A stretch of DNA of 64,000 nt, taken from assembly GCA_964016885.1 (NCBI GenBank), contig OZ024743.1:273792001-273856000 (forward strand), in the 5' to 3' direction. Shown here in pieces: positions 55,303-64,000 of this stretch. Each line of letters opens with the position of its first letter. Position 1 is the stretch's first letter. The notes below the pieces were generated by a model. It was not told where the DNA came from, searched no databases, and was given only the letters and a program-made list of their open reading frames with translations. This DNA comes from Eledone cirrhosa. Its lineage: Eukaryota. Position numbers and translations under genes: made by a program.

Positions 55303-55704
55303 ATTCCTGTGTCAGTGTTGAACAAAAAGGTGACGTGTTTGCCTAAACACTACGGCGTAATTCGGGCTGTTTGTTTGTTTACCGAGCATTTATTATAATG
55401 CTCGGTTTGTTTACAAACAAACCGAGCATTATAATAAATGCTCGGTAAACCGATACGTGCATATATATATATATGTGTGCATGTATGTATATATATACAT
55501 ACTACTGTACGTCTGTATACATATATGTATGTACGTATACATACATACTTCATTTAAGTAACTACCGTACTAAGAGTGAGAAATGAAATTTCGTTTCATT
55601 CTATTCCATTTATATATTCATATATATGTATATATACATATATGTATATATACACACACACACATATATATATATGCACTCACACTCACACACACACACA
55701 TATA

Positions 55705-55774
<70 letters not shown>

Positions 55775-56433
55775 GAGAGAGAGAGAGAGAGATGCACTCA
55801 TACAGAGATACATATATACATAATTGAAAAGTCGGAATACATTTGCATTTGTTGAAAAGATGCTTTGATAATTGATGTATTAACTATAAAATAGTAAATT
55901 AACTTGGAGACAAAAAACGTAGGACAGACAATCACCTCTCTGTATCCTCTTCCATCTTGGGGTAAATTGTACATGGCTTATTCGACTAATATATGGATTG
56001 TGAAACTATTTCAGTAGAAAATTAAATATCTTGAAAATTTGAGCAAACTTCATAAATAAATAAACGGTGTGTGTGCATACACGTATATCATATATATACA
56101 GCATGAGCATAGTCTTTCGATGATTATAAAATACCACATCTCGGATACTATTTGATCTTTTAGTGTTTGATTGTTTTAATGCATAGATTTCGAGTTTAAA
56201 GTACTTTTGAACATGTTTTATATTTGTAATTTTTAGTATTTGTAATTTTTAGTATTTGTAATTTTTAGTAAAATATTGCATTTATGAATCGAAAAACTCA
56301 GTATACTTTGTGGTTTCAAAAACATATACATATATTTATATACACGCACACACATACACACACGCGTGCGCGCGCACGCACACACACACACATATATATA
56401 TATTACCAAATTTAAGTATTCATCTATCTGATG

Positions 56434-56475
<42 letters not shown>

Positions 56476-56905
56476 TCAATGATATTAATAAATGGAAACT
56501 ATATTTATAAAACCATATTTATTTTATTATATATGGTTTTATAAATATAGTTTCCATTTATTATCATTGATATCATACTCCAGTAAACTGGTCGAGTACT
56601 TCGAATCTATTATAAATAAATTTGTTAGATTACCAACAAAGTCAATATCTCTTTGCTTATATATATATATATATATTTGGTATCTAACCTGATCGTATTT
56701 TCGTTGCTTTGGTGTTATGTGGCTGGGCTCGCCGGCCGTTGTTTTCAATTTATGACGCTATCTAACGTATGTTAATGACTTTAAGGTAACACAGCCTTAT
56801 TGAGTACTTTGCTGCACATTCCTAATTGTATATCATTAGCTTGGCCACAGCCAAAACTTCGATTTTACTAAACTTTCACTTGTGTGTATATATATATATA
56901 TATAT

Positions 56906-57643
56906 ATCATAAATCATGTCTTTAGAATCGTCAGATAAAATATATACTATTTCTTCTTCTAATTAGCATAATTAACCATATAAAAAATCAATTAGAACAA
57001 GCTATAAGAATAAATGCTCTTATGGAGAAATCTCCGACAAATAAGCGAACGTAGCCTCTTCGCCGCGGCCCCAATCGAGTATTTATCCAACATTTCGACA
57101 GCATGTAGAAGCTGACTAAATATACCATAAACCATACACAATTAGGTGTTAAATTAAACTTAGAAGAAATGCGCACATACCGTAATTATATCTCTACCAT
57201 GGTTTCTTCCTTATTTTTAGACATCCAAATAATAGGAATGTCCTGAGTTAGGATTCATCAGGAGACAAACTCAAAATCAGACATCTAGTTTTTCAATCCG
57301 ATCCCGCCAAAAATAGATTCAAAAATGGCTAAGAATCGCTATGCGGTCAAGCCAGAAAGAATGTGATTGGTTGCTTACGGCGGGTAGGCTTGCTGCTAGA
57401 AAGCGCAGCCAAATATCGCCAAATTTAATCTCAACCTATCAGGGAGATTATTAAATATAAAGGTTAACATATACATAAAGTTATAGATATATACATGTTG
57501 TAACTGGTCACTTTTAAGCTCTATGAAGAATTAATAAATTAAAAAATCAGAGCAATATATCATAAATCATGTCTTTAGAATCGTCAGATAAAATATATAC
57601 TATTTCTTCTTCTAATTAGCATAATTAACCATATAAAAAATCA
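56906..57643. repeat. Identical 85-bp direct repeats (56906-56990, 57559-57643)
   Basis: ATCATAAATCATGTCTTTAGAATCGTCAG...CCATATAAAAAATCA in both positions. Confidence 0.88.
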
Positions 57644-57688
57644 TACCAATATATATATATACCAGGTGTATATATATATATATATATA

Positions 57689-58322
57689 TTGTTATACTTG
57701 GGGAGGGTCATATTTGTGTAATATTGCCAGAATTAATAACAGAACACACTCACTGTTTGGTTGGTTTTCGCTTTTCGCTTCTGTGTCTTTTATATCGGTA
57801 ATCTAATTTATTCGGTCCTCAATGTTGCCATTGACTGACCAACGGTCAAAAATAATACAGATACAATATAGACACAAACACATATATATAGTTTATCAAA
57901 GTTCTTTAGTTGCACATCTGCAACATCGTCAGTGATGCTATTAAAAAGATGACTAAATAAAGATGGCGTAGAAAATACAATGTAACGGGAGGAAACAATA
58001 GCACCACTGACCATGTTGTAGATGTACAACGAAAGAACTTTGATAAACTATATATATGTGTTTGTGTCTATATTGTATCTGTATTATTTTTGACCGTTGG
58101 TCAGTCAATGGCAACATTGAGGACCGAATAAATTAGATTAACCGATATAAATAACACAGAAGCGAAAAGCGAAAACCAACCAAACAGTGAGTGTGTTCTG
58201 TTATTAATTCTGGCAATATTACACAAATATGACCCTCCCCAAGTATAACAAAATTTGTTTCGACACACGATTTCATATCAAAAACCTCGCAAAACTAATT
58301 CATCGCCGCAAAACTAATTCAA
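57689..58322. mobile_element. Inverted pair of terminal repeats of a family-A-related PLE (family B); partial copy also at ~24862-24980
   Basis: Arms 57689-~57945 and ~57998-58250 are near-perfect reverse complements. They share the TGACCCTCCCCAAGTATAACAA end motif and GAAAGAACTTTGA HHR tail with family A. Confidence 0.85.
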
Positions 58323-58813
58323 ATATGTGTGTATGTGTGTGTGGCTCAGTGTGTGAGTCTCTATGAATATGTGTGTGTGTATGTGTATATGTGCGTGTAT
58401 GTGTGTGTGCATGAATATGTGTGTGATTGTGTGTGACTAATACACACGTCAGTTTATTGCAGTATCTGCTTGTGTGTAAATGTGGATATGGCTCTATAAT
58501 TCCCATCCAAAATTCACGCTTCTGCTGTATGAAGGTGTTTTATATTATCTAAAATTATGACCAGCAGATATATTTATTTTAATAAACGTCATTTTAATTG
58601 CAAACAACATTAATAATGCAAACAGAAAAATTACTAAATTACAGGGAAAAATAAGTACTTTTTCCAGTCTCATTTTTTCCTGAAGTAAAAAAGGGTGAAG
58701 AAAATAAACATCTCCAACCAAAACTAATATTTACAACGAAAATTAAATAATTAGACTACATGTCAAATTGTCACCTTAGGTGGTGTATCATGAAATTGTG
58801 ATTCTCATTACAG

Positions 58814-58878
<65 letters not shown>

Positions 58879-58960
58879 TTTAGAGTGTAGTTAGAAAAAG
58901 TCGTAAATGTTTTCCTATGGACACCCACCCCCTACCCACACATATATATATATATACACT

Positions 58961-59210
58961 CTAATGATAAAGGAACAAGGATAGGATTCAGTGTTGGATC
59001 GTATCATATTTAATAACATATTACATGTTTCACTATCGATCAGCTCTAGGAAAGACCTATTATAGATCGAACCTGACTCTGTAATCGAAAGATCGTTAGA
59101 TATGCGTCCTATACGATCTCGTCTCCGATTCTGAATAGTGAAACATATGTAATATGTTATTAAATATGTCCTGATGCAACACTGAATCCTTGTTCCTTTA
59201 TTCTTATAGA
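58961..59210. repeat. Fold-back repeat of the 33990-34060 family
   Basis: ATAAAGGAACAAGG..ATTCAGTGTTG..CATATTACATGTTTCACTAT / ATAGTGAAACATATGTAATATG..CAACACTGAATCCTTGTTCCTTTAT. Confidence 0.78.
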
Positions 59211-59305
59211 ATTACACTCTGTTCTGCGGCGGCATCGAGTGTTCAACCGGCATACCGCCTACGGACGCACGTTTTCTTGTAACTATACAACTATATATAT
59301 ATATA

Positions 59306-59400
<95 letters not shown>

Positions 59401-60661
59401 AAGATAGGAAAGACTTCACTGGTGGCTGGTTTTCTTTAATAATTAAAATATTTACAGTTATTGGCATTCGATCTGGTAAGTCCTTGTTAACAACTGCACA
59501 GAAATTTAAGTACGTGTTACATTCCTGGGGAACTTTCTCGTATTCGGTGGCGATTGTCAAACTGGTCTGTTATGGTATGTTGTCGATGTACATATATACA
59601 TATATATATATGTAGAGAGAGAAAGAGGGGAGGATGGGGGTTTGTGAGTTGCGCGGTGTACGAGGATATGTACAAATGAAGAGATGTAAATCAAAATGTG
59701 GCACATGTCATATTTTTTAAGGGCATCTGTGAACTTGTGCCGAGCATTGTGCTAGAGGCAACTGGATGAATTGAATGGATAAATCAACGTTCTTGATTGA
59801 AAACATTTAATGTCAGTGAAGTTACTAAGAGTTACTTATAGTATTTGACCTTTGCTGGGAGTTTATTTCCCTGCTAGCGGGAGCATCAATCATACGGAGT
59901 ATGCAGTTTCCACTTTCCACTGAAATCAAGAAATTAACGCAAAGGTTCTCAGAGACCCGAGTCACTTTCCCCTCCATTCAATGTCAGGCGTCCTCAATCT
60001 CTCCTTCTTTTGAATTACCATCTATTCATCTTTCAACTGAGCCTCATAATACCATGATAAAGCTTTTAAGCCCGAATAATTCTATATTCCGAACGGGATT
60101 ACGTCACAAAGAGCAGTATTTTGTGTTATATAAATTCAAGATCACTATTATAGTTGTGCGTCTTGGCATTTCATTTAATATATACGCAATATGTAGTATA
60201 TATTCCCAGGCTCGATTCCGCCCTAATAACAAAGACGGCTAAAATTCTTCCTCTAGAACCTTCCTGTTTAAGACACTGATCTAATGTCTTATGTTGTAAT
60301 GTTTCTAAGCAGAAATAAAAATGTGATGAAGAACACACCCCAGTGATTCTTTTATTTGTATATTGATGTAGGTTTTTACTCCTCAAACGGTCGATATCTC
60401 AATATCCGCCTGTCATCTGACAGAATAATTTGATATTTGCATTTAAAGTCAGTCAAATATTCCATTTTACATATAAGTCACAGTTGTCAAATCTTTATGA
60501 ATCATACAGCATGCGACACTGTAATATGTTTTAGTTTTAAACTGTACTTTAAATTTATGTTAATCTTCTGATTGATGTCCTGCTATATTTATTCACTGCC
60601 ACGATTTCCCATTAATTCCTAGGTGATATTACTTGTAAGTGCATGTACGTATGTATCAGTA

Positions 60662-60732
<71 letters not shown>

Positions 60733-60763
60733 GTTGAATCCCAACAAATTACATATAACCTCT

Positions 60764-60852
<89 letters not shown>

Positions 60853-60935
60853 AATATATATATATAAATATATATATATATACATATATATAAATATATA
60901 TATATATACATATATATAAATATATATATATATAC

Positions 60936-60980
<45 letters not shown>

Positions 60981-61020
60981 CATACATATAAATATATATG
61001 TACATATATATATATATATA

Positions 61021-61560
61021 TCGTTTCTGAATTTGTTTAGCAAGATTCTTTATCTGAAAACGTGTGTTGAAACCGATATTGTTATACATTGGGGGGGTCA
61101 TGTTGCCAATAAGAAACACACGCATCAGTTGTTTCACTTCAATTTATTATAAATTAAATTTATAAATTTAGGAATTTATAAATTTCCGATTGGTTGGTTG
61201 GTTCCACAACCAGACGATTGTTCATATATTGTCAAAGTTCTTTCATCACACATTATGTGACCTCTTCAGTGACTGGTTATTTTTTTCTTTGTTTTTGTGC
61301 CTCTCCTTTGTTGACATAAAAACAAGATGGCGTAGGACAGAACAAAGGAGAGGCACAAAAACAAAGAAAAGAATCGCCAGTCACCGAAGAGGTCACAGAA
61401 TGTGTGACGAAATAACTTTGACAATATATGAACAATCGTCTGGTTGTAGAACCAACCAGCCAACCGGAAATTTATAAATTCCTAAATTTATAAATTTAAT
61501 TTATAATAAATTTAAGTGAAAGCAACTGGTGCGTGTGTTTCTTATTGGCAACATGACCCT
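61021..61560. mobile_element. PLE family A terminal repeats, inverted pair
   Basis: Minus arm 61021-~61311 and plus arm ~61321-61560 are reverse complements; both carry the HHR motif. Confidence 0.88.
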
Positions 61561-61892
61561 CACAAATAAATAATTAAATAAACGTATATAAATAAATAAA
61601 TACGTATATAACAAGCGCACACACATACCTTCATGTAAATACACAAATGTTTGGAGACGTAAGTCAACGAAAACATGAAGTACACATATACACACACTCT
61701 ACACACGTACGAACCTGCATACACACACAGACGCAAAACTCCCGTATACACATAACCAAACCGTATGTACCAGAATATATTAAATTATACGCCATAACAT
61801 ATACAATCAAATGTACGTACGAGAAGGTATACGTACCTTCACAAAACATACAGGTAATATATACTTACCTATGCAAATAATCTGTTATTTTA

Positions 61893-61946
<54 letters not shown>

Positions 61947-62013
61947 ATACATGTATATATATATGTATGTATATATATATATGTATGTATATATATATAT
62001 ATATATATGTATG

Positions 62014-62044
<31 letters not shown>

Positions 62045-62084
62045 TTATATACATATCTATATCTATACATATATATATATATAC

Positions 62085-62123
<39 letters not shown>

Positions 62124-62197
62124 TATATACATATATATATATATATGTATATATATATGTATATATATATGTATATATATATATGTATATATATATG

Positions 62198-62228
<31 letters not shown>

Positions 62229-62235
62229 GTATATA

Positions 62236-62306
<71 letters not shown>

Positions 62307-62458
62307 ATACTTTGGGAGGGTCATGTTGCCAATAAGAAACACACGCACCAGTTGCTTTCACTTCAATTTAATTTAATATATATTTATAAATTTACAAATT
62401 TATAAATTTCTGGTTGGTTGGTTGGTTCCACAACCAGATAGTTGTTTATATATATATA

Positions 62459-62501
62459 GTCATAGTTCTTTCGTCACACACTCTGTGACCTCTTCAGTGA
62501 C
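62459..62501 (-). ncRNA. Minimal type I hammerhead ribozyme (PLE family A, ORF-linked copy)
   Basis: Minus: GTCA-CTGAAGA-G-GTCACA..TGTGAC-GAAA-GAAC-TA-TGAC; further copies at ~61231-61273 (-) and ~61380-61422 (+, CCGAAGA). Confidence 0.8.
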
Positions 62502-62806
62502 TGGGGATTTCTTTCTTCGTTTCTGTGCCTTTCCCTTCTTCTATCCTACGCCATTTTGTTTGTGTGTGGGTTGCGTGCTCAGTTTGCGCATGCGCCACAT
62601 CCGGGTGTCTGTGTGTGTTTGTGTTCATTTTTCTATTTTTCTATTTTTATATTTATATTTGTTTGTTTATTTATTTATTTATTGTTGGTTGGTTGTTTGT
62701 TCTATGTGTGTGTGTGTTTTCATTTTGTCTTGTGTGTGTTTTCATTTTGTGTGTGTTTTCAATTGTAAGTTGTTTATATATGTGTGTGTGTGTTTTCATT
62801 TTGTCC

Positions 62807-64000
62807 TTAATTGTAAGTTGTGATGTTGCTGTTCCACTCATATTTTCTATTTAATTTTGGTTTTAATTCTTTTATGCTTACTGCCTCTGTAATTTGCCTA
62901 AACATTGCGTCTTTCTTGTGTGTGGATTCTATTTTTATTTCTATGCTCTCTAATTTACCCCTGTGTTCTATCTTAGCATGTTGGTAGAGCACAGATGATT
63001 CTTTACTATCTTGGAGGTCTCGCCAGTGTTCATTTATTCGTTCCCCTATACTACGAGCTGTCTCACCTATGTACACTATATTTTTGTTTCTACATTGTCC
63101 CTCAGTACATCTTATGCTATATACTACATTTCTAGTTTTACAGTTAATATGGGGGCTTATTTTACAGGTTATACATTTCTTATCTATACATGAGGGTCTT
63201 TGGAACGGGTATGTCTTGCTAATAAGTGTTTTTACGGAGGTACCAGGTCTTTCTACTATCTTAATATTGAGATTATGTTTCTTTAGGGCCCTTCTAAATT
63301 TGTAGGCTAGTTCACCTCTAGGGGTTGTATTGATGAACATTACACTCTGGTATTTATTGCTATCATACCATGAGTTTATTCTATTGGCCTTGTTCTTAGT
63401 TCTTTCTATTCTATTCCAAAATTTGCTCCTATACAAGGGGCAGGTCCCATTTATGTCATTATTTACCATTTTTTCCCATTTGGTTCTGGCTCCTTTATAC
63501 ACTCTGATTCTATCTCTCTGATTGTAGCCAGAGAACTGCATACGGTGGATGAAGTGTTGTATGTGTCTCTCTAGTTCTTCGGGGTTGCACATGCGGGACA
63601 CATTTCTCATCACCCGTATCAAATCCGCAATCAGTATGTTGATTTTGGTATGGTCCGAAATGGCCGAGTTTCGGTGGATCAGATGTTTGGAAGTCATGGG
63701 TTTGGCATAATGGGAATGGAGGATTTGTTTTTGGTTGTTAATAGTATCTAACCAGAGCTCTGTGTCTAGTACAGGTAATCGATGGTTGGGGTGTCTACTT
63801 GGGTAGTCTATAGTAACTCTAATGCTCTGGTGGATGGAGTTTGCTATTTGCTGGATGCTTTCCATTGTGTTTTTCTCAGGTTCCTGACTGTTCTTTAGTG
63901 GGGGTGTCTTAACTACGATGTTTATATCATCTACGTAGCGGGAGTACATTATCAGGGTTAATCTGTCTTCTAATTGTTCTTTAAGTTTTTGTTTAAGTCT
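62807..64000 (-). CDS. Penelope-like element ORF (C-terminal RT, thumb, Cys-linker and GIY-YIG endonuclease); open at the right window edge; possibly Nematis-like clade
   Basis: RT motif RYVDD, then LPVLD, HYAKPM..SA, CxxxxCxxC linker (CIDKKCITC) and GIY-YIG signature NVVYSIRC...VYIGETAR..ERINEH. Frame stays open for 17 codons upstream of the 63949 ATG to the window end. Clade assignment is from memory of motif style. Confidence 0.92.
   Translation of the reverse strand, partial: RLKQKLKEQLEDRLTLIMYSRYVDDINIVVKTPPLKNSQEPEKNTMESIQQIANSIHQSIRVTIDYPSRHPNHRLPVLDTELWLDTINNQKQILHSHYAKPMTSKHLIHRNSAISDHTKINILIADLIRVMRNVSRMCNPEELERHIQHFIHRMQFSGYNQRDRIRVYKGARTKWEKMVNNDINGTCPLYRSKFWNRIERTKNKANRINSWYDSNKYQSVMFINTTPRGELAYKFRRALKKHNLNIKIVERPGTSVKTLISKTYPFQRPSCIDKKCITCKISPHINCKTRNVVYSIRCTEGQCRNKNIVYIGETARSIGERINEHWRDLQDSKESSVLYQHAKIEHRGKLESIEIKIESTHKKDAMFRQITEAVSIKELKPKLNRKYEWNSNITTYN

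Larger units (their letters stand above)
62301..64000 (-). mobile_element. Penelope-like retroelement, family A (ORF + 3' pseudo-LTR with hammerhead), 3' end abutting (TA)n
   Basis: ORF above; 62301-62806 matches the repeats at 2929-3437, 32168-32627 and 61021-61560; ends at ...CCCAAAGTATAACAAT followed by (AT)n. Confidence 0.9.

Noticed and set aside
59720-59770. Candidate for the next (C2A) exon of the host gene
   Set aside because: In-frame stop and no SDPY-type C2 motif.

Overview
AT-rich, microsatellite-dense eukaryotic DNA. The SINE and LINE content and long (TA)n tracts suggest an invertebrate, probably an octopod cephalopod (inference). Nearly all ORF-track entries are (TA)n/(CA)n/(GA)n artefacts. 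Real content: (1) at least two coding exons of a + strand BAIAP3/UNC13D (Munc13-4)-like gene (42124-42213, 45369-45536), so much of the window is probably intron; (2) a TSD-bounded L1/Tx1-type LINE (7567-13110, -) with its RT core deleted; (3) two RTE-type insertions with 5' inversions, plus CR1 and CRE fragments, about 12 tRNA-derived SINE copies and two non-autonomous Helitrons; (4) Penelope-like elements (PLEs, RT + GIY-YIG) of two types. The most striking signal is a dense population of short PLE terminal-repeat-like units sitting in (TA)n tracts. They carry minimal type I hammerhead ribozymes (HHRs; about 10 sequence-unrelated families, roughly a dozen intact cores, including a U3-A8 core variant) and are very often arranged as head-to-head fold-back palindromes. 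All structures were read by eye; no alignment, folding or database search was run.
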